A DNA stretch of 62,458 nucleotides, filler included, from Rhabdomonas costata (Eukaryota): assembly GCA_019059605.1 (NCBI GenBank). It is 25 parts of 25 records of this genome, joined end to end, with 100 filler letters (N's around TTAATTAATTAA, not from the genome) between each part and the next. Parts side by side here need not be neighbours in the genome. Positions count along the whole stretch, not along the records: positions 12,526 to 14,929 come from JAHMHO010003590.1; positions 15,030 to 17,433 come from JAHMHO010003591.1; positions 17,534 to 19,937 come from JAHMHO010003592.1; positions 20,038 to 22,441 come from JAHMHO010003593.1; positions 22,542 to 24,945 come from JAHMHO010003594.1; positions 25,046 to 27,447 come from JAHMHO010003595.1; 19 more parts are not named here. One strand, 5' to 3'. Shown here piece by piece: positions 13,004 through 25,382 of the stretch. A program made the translations under genes and the position numbers. The notes under the pieces are model-generated. The model was not told where the DNA came from, did not search any database, and saw only the letters and a list, made by a program, of their open reading frames with translations. Numbering within the stretch: the stretch's first letter is position 1; each line of letters begins with the position of its first letter.

Positions 13004-13957
13004 CAGCTGCGCCCTGGACAGGGATTACCACGCCCCTTCCCCGGCCACCCGGAAGAGCCTTGTGGAAGAGCCCTGCAAGCGCCGCGGCCAGTCGGCACCC
13101 GATCGGAGCGGTGCTGGAAGTGGGCTCAGAGGGAATGCATGGGCGGGTCTCAAGGCGCAGCGCAAGGATGAACCCGCCCAGCAAGAGCGTCTTCAGGACG
13201 GGCGTATCCCTCGGCAGGTAGCGCAGAGGTATGGCCTTTGGGAACACCAAAATGGAGCCCCGAGAGCGAAGGAATTTTAAACCGGTGTGCGGAAAGAGCT
13301 AGCAAGTTTTTTCACAGACCACAGGATGGGTACAGAAAACGTATGTGTGGTGGTGGGAATCACAAACCCCCTTCCTCTGTGGGGCTAACAAAGTGGTCCA
13401 TTTACGCCAGGACACCAGGCTAGAGGGTTGCTTGTTGCCTTCTTCGGTTGTTCCCACGGGCATAGGGGTATTGGTCCTTCCCTTGAAAAGAGAAAGAAAA
13501 GCAATGGAGGCTGAGAATTCATCCCATCCCCAATTCTGTTGTCGAGCGTATCAGGTAGAAGCCGAAAGGGAACCATGCACGTCACTGGCGAACCACCGCA
13601 ATACCACCATCGAGGCTACTCCGCTTGTCGGCTTCGCCTGTACAGTGACCACCAGGTGCTGCACGTTGAGGTCGCTGCATCGGAAGACCCACCCCAGGGC
13701 TCTCTGGATCACAGGTGAATCCGTACCCTTTTCCGAGGTTAGCTGTGCTGAGGTGAAGGTCAGCACCTCCTGCCTGGCCTCACCGTCCCCGACCATCACC
13801 CGAACTACCACCAAGAGTTCTGGGCAGGGCGGTGGTCGGCTGTACTGAAGCTTTAGCTTGGAGACTCCCAGGAGACCTGGGATGACGAGGGGCGACGAGG
13901 GCACCGTCATGTTACATCTTCGCAGTGCTGTACCCCACGGCGGGGGGGCGTCGAAGT
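13004..13957 (-). CDS. Hypothetical protein, possibly C2-like beta-sandwich; exons ~13957-13581, 13235-13004
   Basis: Splice-compatible exons with alternating hydrophobic strands (LLVVVRVMV, LVVTVQAK, AIPLRYLPRDTPVLKTLLLGGFILALRLETR). The fold call is weak. Confidence 0.4.
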
Positions 13958-15166
13958 CTAAGAGAACACATCATAGTGCACCGACTCCTTCTACCCCGTC
14001 TGACGATCCCTTACTCTTCTGAAAGCATGCGTGAGTTCCGCTGAGATGCACACACATCGAAGTATCGTTGCCGTTCCGAGCATGGCCGTTGGGTTTGGGT
14101 GCTCTCAAGATTTCGGCTGAAAATCTCCGGAGAAGAACTTGGCTCAGGAATCGCCATTTTTTTTTAGCTATTTGACGGGGGGAAGCTATGTGCGCGGCGG
14201 GTTCGTGGCTTTGTTGCCCTACGCTTCAAGGAGACAGCCTCTTGACCAATGGGACCATCATGGACAGTCACCATTGCCATTCTTCCTTCCTTCCTTCCTT
14301 GCCAGTTTTGCCAATGCTAAAGCAAGGAAGGTGATGCCGGTGCCCAAGCGCAGTGCAATAGTGCCGTTTTAAAACACGTGAGGATACCAGCATCGGTTAT
14401 TGTACCCTCTGGGTAGCGGCCAAAGGGGTGCCCGCGGGAGAGGGAAGGCTCTTTGAGGTCAGCAAGGTGCGCCATCTACTTGCATAGGTATGCTCGGGGA
14501 AACCACAGAGGAGAAGACTTGGACTGCAGTCGAACGCGGGAGAGGGGTGTAGCAATAAAAATAACACCTCGGGTGGTTAACCACTGCGACAACCAAACAA
14601 GCCGGAATTGTCATATTCGAACAAAATCTTTTCAGGGGGTTGCACGGGCAATGCGTGGGGAGCGGTGCGTGAAGAGGGGTTGGGGAGAGTCAAGAGCTCC
14701 GAAGCAGCTCCGCGGCTCAATATCCTAGGTGTTTGACACAAAAAAATCTTAACTTCACCATCTCCAAGCGTACCTGCCCCTGCACGGAACTGCCGCATAT
14801 GCAGATGATTGTTCAGGTACGCTTCCGATTCAGATAAGCCTGTAAACCCTCTCCCCAACCAAACACAGTCCACACCACAAGACGCAGGCGTCGGGACACG
14901 CACAGCAAGCCTCGGCACTCCACCCCCCCNNNNNNNNNNNNNNNNNNNNNNNNNNNNNNNNNNNNNNNNNNNNTTAATTAATTAANNNNNNNNNNNNNNN
15001 NNNNNNNNNNNNNNNNNNNNNNNNNNNNNTGTGGTGGGTGTGGTTGGTTTTTGTTTGGCTGAAAAGCACGCGTGCACGTTATGAATGTTTGGAGGCGGGG
15101 TGGAGGAGTTCAGTCCAGTCTGAGGGGCTGCGTCCTCCGGGCGGTACTGTGGGTGGGTGCGTTCAG

Positions 15167-16638
15167 AGCTCGACTCGACGATTCTGGCCAACTCTGCACT
15201 GCGCAAGAATGCGGGCTTCACGTACCGCTTCCGGATGCTGGACCATACTCGGCTGACGGTGCATCCCCTCCCCCTGTTTGCCCTATCTCTTTTTTCGGAC
15301 CTGGGGAGGGGGTGTCACGAGGATGTTAGGATGTTGGAGGGACGTGCTGCTGACAGAGCCTCCACAGAACAACAGGCATCTGTGCGTCCATTTGATCATC
15401 AGGGCTTCGCTTGCAAGCATGTGATATATTGGACACATGATATTTAGCTACCATAGGGTGTCCCGTTAAAAAGGGTAAAATTACCTTTTTGGAAAATTTT
15501 TCGCTGTGGCTATGGTCTTGGTTGAAATTTAGGCGCCTCAAACACGTGATTCAATTTTTTTTTTACATCCGCGGTCCTGATTGCATGTAGCTCAGAAAAT
15601 CGATTGATTTGGAAGAAGAGACCGGCCCAGCAGCAATGGCAACACCTTCCATCTTTCAGCAGGTTTCATTCAGAACGTATTTCACCATGTTTAATGGTAC
15701 GTTCTGCAATTTCTGAGTTGTGTTAACTGGAAGCTTCCCCAGCCTTCGGCTGGATCTCCACGCCTTGATGTGGCATCTTGGTCCAGTAGTCGCCTTTTAT
15801 ACTGAGACCTGGTTTCCCAGGGCCTGACTTAGGAACAGTTTGCTTTCAGCGTAGTCTAGAGCCCAGAGTAGTTTGTACTGGTGGGACTGCTTCGGGCAAG
15901 GCCGATTTCGGTCTTGTTGAGCCCTTTTTTGACTTGGGGTTTCGCAAATAGAGGATTTTATGTTAGTTGTGCGGTTCTGTTTGCGCAAATGTTCCAAAGG
16001 GAGTGAGAGCGTCTGCCCACGCCCCTGATATGGACATGGCGGTGTTCGAGCTGCTGGGCGAGGCTGCAGGCACCCCAAATCCCAACGCAGATGAGGTTCC
16101 CTGAGGGGACTTTGAGAGTTCTTGAGAGTTCTTTGACCTCGCAAATGAAGCCAAAAGAAATGCCATATTATTCTCCCTGAGCTTGCCGTGGGCATCAGTT
16201 TGGGTGTGCAGGGGTCACTTAAATCTCTCGTGTCAGATGTTCCCGTCATCATGGAATGTGGAGTGTGGAATCCTGAAGCCTTGATTTTGGTGATTCTTGG
16301 CTTGCAAAGGGTCGTCGAGTAGGTAACCTATACAAAAAGTGCATCTCGGGAGGGGAGGGGAGGGTTCCTTTCTCGATGCTTGCTTATGCTCTGCCTACAG
16401 GAGTGGATGTACACCCTGAACCGCACAGAGGTATGCCTCCGCCCAAGAAGAATGTCCACAAAGGGGCGAGAATCCTTGCGACACTTCAAGCTTCCTTTCG
16501 TGCTCTTTGCCTTCACCGTGCGCAAATGTGGTGTGTGAGGTCTGAGGTACTGGCCCGTTTTCTTTTTTGCAGGGGGCAAACCGGGAGGCTCTTTTTGAGG
16601 ACGCGACCAAGGCATTCTTCCAGGCTTCCTTCAAGAAG
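15167..16638 (+). CDS. Hypothetical protein, internal exons 15167-15258, 16401-16430 (30-nt micro-exon), 16573-16638
   Basis: Each exon is flanked by YAG and GT with matching phase 0. Spliced: ELDSTILANSALRKNAGFTYRFRMLDHTRLT|EWMYTLNRTE|GANREALFEDATKAFFQASFKK. Confidence 0.55.
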
Positions 16639-17744
16639 GTTCCGCACCGCTCTCGCCCTCGCTTCTTCACACATATAAACAAACACTCGCTTCAAGGGTG
16701 GATTTTTTTGGGCCCAATGGAAGTCGGGTGGAGGGAGAGGTACCGGTAACCAGTGGTAACAGAAAACTGGCTTAGTTATTGTTTTTAGTTTTTGCTTAAC
16801 TAATAAAACGGTGACGTTAAGTATGCCAGCAGCACATTCGAAATGACTTTATTTTTGTGCAAGGGAATTAAGCTTTGCCAGTGCCCCCCAGGATGATGGT
16901 TTTGTTTAGCAGCTGAAAACTACGGGTGGCTGAGTGCTCGCCAATGGCCGGGATATGGGTGGACGAGTAGGACAGCATTAGGTAGGGGCGAAGGCCGTTG
17001 CTGGGCGGAGGCCAGTCCGCGCCGCGGCCGGAGCGGGCGGCTGAGGCGGGGAAGTGAACTGGGGGCCTTTAACAACTTTAAAATATGACATGCTCCCACA
17101 GTAGAAATTGTTACCACTGGTAACCGTTACCAGTGGTGACAATTACCACCTTCCACCGGTAACCGTTACCCCCCCCCCCTACTTCAACTTCCATCAACTT
17201 CAGCTTCCCCTTCAACTTCCATTGCACCGATTTTTCTATGGACTTCTTTTGGGCGGCGTTTTCGTTTTTCCCGCCGCGCTGCGCCCGGCCGTGGCCTACC
17301 CCCCCCCAATAAACACGTCCCACTCGTTCAACAAAGCCCAGCAAGAAACATTTTCAACCGGTGGAAAATCAGTCAGTGAGAAATACGTACGTGCATCGCC
17401 ACCTAACACACACACACACACAAAAACAACACCNNNNNNNNNNNNNNNNNNNNNNNNNNNNNNNNNNNNNNNNNNNNTTAATTAATTAANNNNNNNNNNN
17501 NNNNNNNNNNNNNNNNNNNNNNNNNNNNNNNNNAGGCATTTATAGATCCCCTCCCCGTTCCTATGGGGTAATTCATCTCGCAAGGGGTTAGATTGGCGAT
17601 GTGCATGTCTGCGATGATGGGTCACCTGTCTCACAAGGAATTGTTTTCGTCTGGATAGGTTTTTGGTCTTGTAGTTTTCGGGATCGTGTCGTTCCTGCAC
17701 TCACTCTGGTTCCATTTTGCATCCACCCTTTTGCTTTTCTACCG

Positions 17745-17992
17745 GCATCTCGGCAAAACGGAAGGCGTAAAGTTCACTCCGTTGGTTACATATGGCATCG
17801 CTCCTACAGCGGAGATCTACAAGACCTGCGAGGAATACATTTCCACCCACCCGGCATTCTGTGGGTGCTATTTCCGCGCCGGCACAACCACGCTGAATCT
17901 GGGGGAGAGGTGGATGCGCCTGCCCACGGACTTCCCCAGCACTGTGCTCCTGGACAACACCAGCTTCAGCGGCCCTACCAACATCGCGCAAG
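17745..17992 (+). CDS. Hypothetical protein exon
   Basis: Coding-like GC3-rich frame HLGKTEGVKFTPLVTYGIAPTAEIYKTCEEYISTHPAFCGCYFRAG...NIAQ ending at donor gtttcc. The 5' boundary is uncertain. Confidence 0.45.
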
Positions 17993-19445
17993 GTTTCCGC
18001 TTTTTCTTCGAACATTTGCATGCATGCACGCATCAGCTGGGCGTGTCGACTAACATGACTACCCATGCTCCTCTGTTGGTTGTTTGGATATATTCCCTCG
18101 TGAATGCGTACATCGCTCTTCCCGTGAGCGACGTGGCTAGCGTATTCGTCAGCGCGCTGTGCGCTGAACACACCGGCAATGTGCCATGTTTGTGTATGGA
18201 CGTGTGCGTGTGAAGTGCTGGCTGATGTATGGCTGCTGACTGGACGCTATTGCCCTCACTTGACCTCTGGACATGTTACCTGCGACTGGCGGGAACTGGC
18301 TGGCGTACCGAATGCATTCGTTGATAGTTAGCGTGCTCATCTCCCGAGCCCTCGGTGGGCGTGGTGCCATAATTGCGGTTTGCAGGTTGTGACTTCGGGC
18401 CCGCTGGCTCCCGTGGTCGGTTGCTTGCTTGGTATGTTATTAGCACTGCTGGGCGCGCTGCTGTTGCCACTGCAAGTGGTGGATTTTATGTGTAAGCGTC
18501 GCACTACACTGTTGCACGCACTTTCGAAGGCTGCTGCATTGAGGTCACCCCCACCGATCGCGACTTGTGGCTCACCCGTGTTGGGCACATGGGGCTGTGC
18601 ACCCCGGACCAGGTGTAATCCTCCTGGAAGCCGCGGGCCCGCATTGCTCAGAGACTTCAGCTTCGAATGTAGTGTGGAGTCTTTTTTGGAAAGCTGTTAC
18701 GTGATCCATGGCGATGTTCAGGGGGGGGGGTGCTGTTCATCTTTCCAACGCACCCCACCTTGCTCTCACGCTTTTCCACCGCCCTTTTTGCATGTGAATG
18801 TGCCTTCTTCCTGGTGTATGTGCACTCCTTGACGGATAAGCAGTGTGCGAGCATGTGCCCGCGTCGGTGCAAATGGATTTGCGATAAAGTGGAACGAAGA
18901 TGGATGGGGCTTGATTTTTTTGTGGTGGAGAACAACCAAAACCAATCTGCTCGCCGCCGTAAACAGTATAAGCACCGTACCACGTCGTGTCTGAAAGTTG
19001 AACGAGCTTTGAACGAGCTTACTTTTGTGTGAGTTGGGCCGAAACCCCGGGGGGAAGAAGGGTTACCCTGCCCACCAACAACGAACCATGGTCACTGCAG
19101 CCACCAGTGCAACGACCCACCAGCGAAGCGCAGCGGCCGCTTTGGTCCAAAATTTCGTCCTATTCTCTGGGTGACCTGATTTATTGATTACTTGGACCGA
19201 AGTCGAACCGGAGTACCTGACGTGTTTGACATTCATTGGAACTTGGATCAAATTAAAAACCTAGTCACTTTTTTGCGTACTCGTTTTGCCTCTTCTCCCC
19301 GTTTTTGCGCTTCTTCGAAAAGCAGCGATCTTTCCCTATTTTGTCTTTGCGTTGACTGTGCTCACCCTTCCATTTATCCATCACTCCTTCTCTTTTCTCG
19401 TTAAGTGTGCCATTCTCTTTCGCTCATCTCCTCTGCAACGCGTAG

Positions 19446-19686
19446 ATGGCTTGCCGGTCCTCGGCTTCCCTTCGCGGGCTTGGCGCAGTCTTAGTTCTGC
19501 TGCGCTGCTTTTCCTTTTGCGGGGCTGACACCTGCCCGGGGTTCCAGGACTGCTCCGGCAACGGCCGGTGCATCACCCGACCCACGGGCGGGGAGCTGGT
19601 GGTGATAGGGTGCCAGTGCTTCGATGACGATTACAACGGCCACTTCACCGGCCGCTTCTGCAATAAGTGCTCAACTGGCTACAAAG
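19446..19686 (+). CDS. Secreted or surface EGF/laminin-EGF-like protein, first coding exon
   Basis: Signal-peptide-like MACRSSASLRGLGAVLVLLRCFSFCGA followed by CPGFQDCSGNGRC...CQCFDDDYNGHFTGRFCNKCSTGYKG. Donor gtgccg. A polypyrimidine tract and AG lie directly before the ATG. Confidence 0.8.
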
Positions 19687-20174
19687 GTGCCGAGGCCCAG
19701 CCGATAAACGAAGAAAGTTAAGCATCGCCGAATTTAAATGAGTATGTGAAAAACAATGAAAATTCGCCTAAAGTTGGGCGTTCCCGTACATTTTATGTTT
19801 TTGGGCTCAGTCTAGCGGCTTTGGGGAATTGTGGTATCAGATCTCTAGGACAACTGACGAAGTGCTGTTTCCCCTTAAATGACGTTGCGGACATAATGAC
19901 TGTAATCACTGAGCGCTGGAGGTGTAGACCCAACAACNNNNNNNNNNNNNNNNNNNNNNNNNNNNNNNNNNNNNNNNNNNNTTAATTAATTAANNNNNNN
20001 NNNNNNNNNNNNNNNNNNNNNNNNNNNNNNNNNNNNNAGCACACTCCCTGTCACCAACAACAGCTTTCACATCCTCCCCATTGCAAGTCCTCCCCTCCAC
20101 CTCCACCAGTGTCAGCAGAACTCCAGCGGCCTCAACCGCTCACACCCGCGCTTCCTTTTTCTGCTTGTTTCCAG

Positions 20175-22412
20175 GAGGAGTATCCGGATGACTTCGACCA
20201 GGCAGGGGAGGAGCCCACGGGGCCACCTCGGGACAGTGGGGCGGTGGTCACTCCTGTGAAGTATGCCGCCACAGGGCGTTTTGCTTCCTCTTCTCAAAAC
20301 TAGCACAACTCGGTTAGAGTAATTGGTAAGAGTATGCACCCATGACCTTTATCAAGCCTTGTTGTGCTGCGGCAAATTGATTCATGGTAGTTATCATCAA
20401 TGACTCAACTTCGCTCCGTTGCGTTTTTTTTTCGCAGGAAGAAGAAGGCAAAGAAGAATGGCGAAGGCAAAGGTATCGTGGCTACACGACACCCCCCCCC
20501 CCGGAGGGACACCGCATCTGTCGCTCCAGGATGCAGTACCCACGGGCACGTTCCCACCCGTTGCCAAATACGTGAAACAATGTATTGCGTGCGTTTTGCT
20601 TGGATCGTAATGTGGCATGTCAAAAGGGAGAACTTTAGCGGGCCGGCTAAGAACAAGGAAACCAATTGGCCGCCGGTTGTCGTTCTTCAGGTTGGCTGAC
20701 CCTCTTTTTATGAATCAACAATGAACAAGGGAATTGCGGTCCACAATCGAGTGCCTACCGCTTTTTGTTGGTCATGGGCGCAGGAGACAAGGACAAGAAG
20801 AAGAAAAAGAAGAAGGACAAGGGCGCAGTGCAGGAGCCGGCGGCTAGTGGGTTGCCGGCCGCGGAGAGCCAACTTGAGGCGTCGTCCGCCTCTGAGCAAG
20901 AGGTTGGCTTTTTGCGCTTCGAGCCATGTTTTCGTGTGCGGTCGGCTGGCTTTTTACTGGTGGTCATGCACTGCAGATATGATAGCCTTTCATCTGCCTT
21001 ATCTACCTAAGATAACCTTTTCGTGGGAAGACTTGCATTCCTGCTGATTCTGTTTTTGTATTGCCCAAGTCAAAGGGAACTTTTGCTGAAAAATGAAAAA
21101 GCATCCGGCATCCAAGATTGTCTTATTCGGTCTTTCCATTAGTTTCCGGACTCTGCCCGTTCTGCGGATCACGAGCCCCTGGCGCCCGCGGGGAGCTCGC
21201 CATCTACCGCACCGCTGGAAGAAGAAACTCCCGAGAAGGTTTTTCGTCCTTTCGTCCGGGGTGGGCGCGCAACCACACCCAAGAGGCCACGGGGGGATGG
21301 GGCACCTTGCTTCTGATCCTGCTACCTTGAACCAGCTTTGTTTAGCCAACCTGGGCGGTTTCTCTGTCCTAAAATATCCCGTCTTCCATACCATGCCTGT
21401 ACTCGAAAATAAAACAAGTGGCAGCAAATGATTTGGATTATGCAGGAGAAAATGCATTTGGGCAAGAGATGTCCTCCGTCCCTGGGGACCTTGGTACGAG
21501 GGTTTCGGCCTCGCACAGGGCGAGGGAAAGAAGAAAAAGAAGAAGGACAAGGGTGCTGTGCTGGAGCCTGCATCCAGCGAGTTGCAGGCGGCAGAGAGCC
21601 AACTTGAGGTATCAGCCGCCTCTGGGTGAAGGTCGCCTTTTTGTGCTTCGGTCGATGGTTCCGCGTGAGTTATGGTGCTTTTCACTGAGGTCTCGTGCAC
21701 TACAGTTGAGCTGAAATGAACAGATAGTCCCGCAGGAGAGTCTTTGCACACTAGTTGGTGGTATTCCTTTTATATTTAGTTATTTTCCTCTATTGTGTTT
21801 GTCATTCGCTCTCCCTTTTTATTTGGTTCTATGTTTTGTCTCGTGTATCTGTCTTGTATTGCTTCCTGGGTCGCTTTCTTTGTCGCGCGCTTTGCCACTG
21901 TGCTGCTGAGTGCTCACATTGTTGACACTGTGCAAAACAATTGCCTTATTATTAAAGAAAAGACACCGCGAAGAAGGTGGCGTGCAGGAACGTTCGCACC
22001 CTTCCTCGGACTTTCCATTAGTTTCCGGCCTCTGCCCTTTCCGCTGACCACGAGCCCCTGGCGCCCGCGGGGAGCTCGCCATCTGCTGCACCGCTGGAAG
22101 AAGAAACTCCCGAGGTTTTTTTTTGTTCCTTTCTTCCAGGGTGGGCACGCAATCACACCCTGGATGCAGAGAAAAAGGGCCGCACGGTCCTATCAATGCA
22201 GGAAGGGAGGTCACCCGTTTCAACTTGCCTCTGTCCTTCCTGTGAACCAGCTTTGTTTAGCCGACTTTCGCGGTCGCGACAACAAGTGGCAACAAGTGAT
22301 TTGGATTCAACGAAAAGACGTGCTTTGGAGAAGAGATGCCTACCGTTCCAGGGACTTTGGCACTGGGCCGCGCACAGGGCGAGGGAAAGAAGAAGAAAAA
22401 GAAGAAGGACAA
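20175..22412 (+). CDS. Lys/Glu-rich low-complexity repetitive protein; exons 20175-20260, 20438-20472, 20784-20902, 21143-21238, 21519-21608, 22022-22114, 22378-end
   Basis: All joins are GT-AG and phase compatible. Alternating modules GxxKKKKKKDKGAV(Q/L)EPA(A/S)S.. and FP(D/A)SA(R/L)SADHEPLAPAGSSPS(T/A)APLEEETPE. Confidence 0.7.
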
Positions 22413-23261
22413 GGAACGGTAGGCATCTCTTCCCCAAAACANNNNNNNNNNNNNNNNNNNNNNNNNNNNNNNNNNNNNNNNNNNNTTAATTAATTAANNN
22501 NNNNNNNNNNNNNNNNNNNNNNNNNNNNNNNNNNNNNNNNNTTGCGGTTACGACTTCCGGATGCATCGATTTTCTTGCGTCATTACAGGTCCCCCAGCCC
22601 CCGTTCCCTTTATAAGCAAAGTTGTCGTACTCGTCCGCCAAAGGTCGTTAACACGTTTACTTGTGCACGGCCCCGTGACCTGCATTAAAGGTTTAAAAGG
22701 TAATTAACTTTAATAATAAATATTCAGTGTACACTTGCACCTAGTCACGGTCACCCCAACTCGCAATGCTCTGTGAGTAGTGTCCAAACATTATGGCCGT
22801 TCATTTCTGACGAGGATGGACTTTTATGCTGCGATCATTATTAAGCAGCTTGGTGCGGCTTGGTGCTACGCCAGAACGTACTCAGGTTAAAGCGCGTTTT
22901 ACTTTCTAAGACCTTGGTTTCTGATTTATTTTTTCATGGCGAATATGCAAAACCGCACTGTGTGTGGCTGAGTTTTAGAACTAACATTAACTGAAATGCC
23001 GCCTGTTTGAGAAGGCTCTTTGTTTGCATCCCTGCCCCGTTGCCCCTTTGCAGATTGTTTTCCGAACCTTTTGCATTTCTTCGGCTTCCAATACACGCTG
23101 TAATCTTTATTTTTTTTTGGACTTTTCTATTTCGGACGAAGGCCCCGTTAGTCTCTGCGGAGGTTGCATTGTCGAAATCTCGCAGTGCACCACGAAACTC
23201 AAACCCAGACGAAAACTGTGTGGCCTTCTCCCCCTCTCCGATCTGTAAAACCTCACTCCTC

Positions 23262-23947
23262 CCACACGATTCGGGCCGAACTTCTGGCGGGCTTTATTCG
23301 AATCAAGGCGAAGGCAGATATGCCTTTGACACTGAAAATTTGCCATATATATAGTGGTGAAATATTGTGAGCACAGAATTGCAACGCTATTTATGAAAGC
23401 ATGGGGTCGTCCTTCGATGCTTTGGTGTACCAGTGTTGTTACGACTGTTTTTGTTGGAATTAGTAGCGACTGGTTTGGTGCGTTCCCTGGGATGGGTGAG
23501 CTGCCAATTCGCTGAACTCCATGCCCTGGCAACCGTTGTTGGTCCAACGAGTCGAGGCTTTCTTCTCAGTCCCCGAAATATCGCCCTGGTAATATATCCA
23601 TATCCAAACTGTGGTGGCTTTTTACATCCGCAACGTTCGCACTTGCCCACCGCTGCCCGGATCAGATAATGTTATCTCCTGTGATGGATCGATACATTTA
23701 CAACCTGAGTTCAAGGTCGGTGTTTTTTGTAATACCGGCCTGCGAGGTGCTGCCGATTGGTGGGGCGCAAGTGACCGCGCGTATGGCAGTGTTTCTGTCA
23801 TAATTACGTTCATGGAGTTTCGAGTAAAATGCTCTTCACACGAATCTACCAGTCTGGTCTTCTCTAACCACCCACATGTCGATGATTCACGCATACATTG
23901 GCAAAATGTAACGCACGCCTGTGAGAAATTTGGCCCGAATCGCGTGG
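23262..23947. mobile_element. MITE-like element with ~31-bp imperfect terminal inverted repeats
   Basis: ccacacgattcgggccgaacttctggcgggc (23262) versus gcctgtgagaaatttggcccgaatcgcgtgg (ends 23947), 6 mismatches. No intact internal ORF and no clear target-site duplication. Confidence 0.5.
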
Positions 23948-24097
23948 ACACGTTTCCCTCAGAATCCTACTCCGTCCTCCACTAGTTCAGTGCCCCTAGA
24001 GAAACTTCAGCGAAAACATACGAAACCAACGATGCTGTCCGCCATTAGCGACCTCAGCGCGGTCCCCTCAATCTGCCCGCCAGTGCTGCTCCTGCAG

Positions 24098-24251
24098 AAC
24101 GTGCTGGAAATGCTTGTCGCCAGCGCAAAGGATATGCCCCAGAGTAGCCTGCGCCGGCTGGACGCCCTGCTGAGCACTTTGGCCGGGGAAGTGAAGAAGA
24201 GGGCCCCGGAGGAGGACCCTGCGGAGAACAGCACCAGCGTGGCTGCGGCAG
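24098..24251 (+). CDS. Hypothetical protein, internal exon
   Basis: ctcctgcag|NVLEMLVASAKDMPQSSLRRLDALLSTLAGEVKKRAPEEDPAENSTSVAAA|gtttgc; GC3-rich. Confidence 0.5.
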
Positions 24252-25382
24252 GTTTGCGGGCTGCCGTGAACTGACAACCCTTGCCGTGACCCAAGATAAC
24301 GCAACCGCTGGCCTAAAGTACACCGTGAAGCGGCGAAAGTGTCAGCACCTTATGTGAGTGTTCAAGCTCTTGAACCATTTTACACCCCACGGGAACGGTT
24401 CGAAATTCCACGTGGGTCCATCATGAGGCCGCCCCAAAGCTGGGGACCCTTCTTGGTCGTCCAAACTTCATCCCTACCCAAACCCTGGTGACATTGTATT
24501 GGGGGAGGGGACGGCCTTAAGCGGTCAAAGGTTTTAAACTCTAAACTGTCATCTTGGAGCACTGGCGCACTAGATGCCCTTTCGCCAAAACAACATCACC
24601 AAAGGCTGACAGGTAATCCCCGCGTTTGAAGAGCTACTTCACGAATAAATGAAACGCTTCTGTTAGCTGTGTTAACATTTGACACTGTTAAGTCGCTGAG
24701 TTCAGGTCACGTTTTTGGGTATATGCCGATGTGTTTCACTGTGCGCGTGACCTTAGCTTTTGCTTTCCGCTTCTCACCTTTGACTTGGCACGGCCACATC
24801 TGTCGTTTGGGTGTTTGAGTAGAGCTTTCTTTTGCTGACCTGGAGGCCCAGAGGATTATCCGTTGCTGCCATTATAAACGGGTCGATGTATTTTCTGAGG
24901 GGCGACAAACCGTGTAACAACATTAAACAGTGGCAACCCCCCCAANNNNNNNNNNNNNNNNNNNNNNNNNNNNNNNNNNNNNNNNNNNNTTAATTAATTA
25001 ANNNNNNNNNNNNNNNNNNNNNNNNNNNNNNNNNNNNNNNNNNNNGGTTTGTTTGGAAACAGAGGGAGAGGAAGACAGACACGCAGGATAGGTCTATTTC
25101 ACAGAAAGTCAAAAAAAATATGACAAAAACCCTCAGGAGGGGGCGACCGAACCAAAATTCTCCTTGATGATGGAGAGAAATCCGCTGCAGGCCCCAGTCC
25201 CATTCTTTCACCCCCACCACCCAGCAAATGACAGCCGAAAGGGAAACTACGGACCTCTCAACCTTAGTGCTGATGCGTTCCTGCCTCCTTCTTTTTTTTG
25301 TCTAATCCACTGTTGTCACTCCTGTGTTCGCTGATATTTTTAATGCTATCAAAACCCGCGTTTACTTTGACACCCCTTTCAG

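Noticed and set aside
17720-17765. Possible non-AG acceptor (ctaccg|g) as a non-conventional intron
   Set aside because: An AAG acceptor is available at 17764, a single base error is possible, and there is no homology to fix the boundary.
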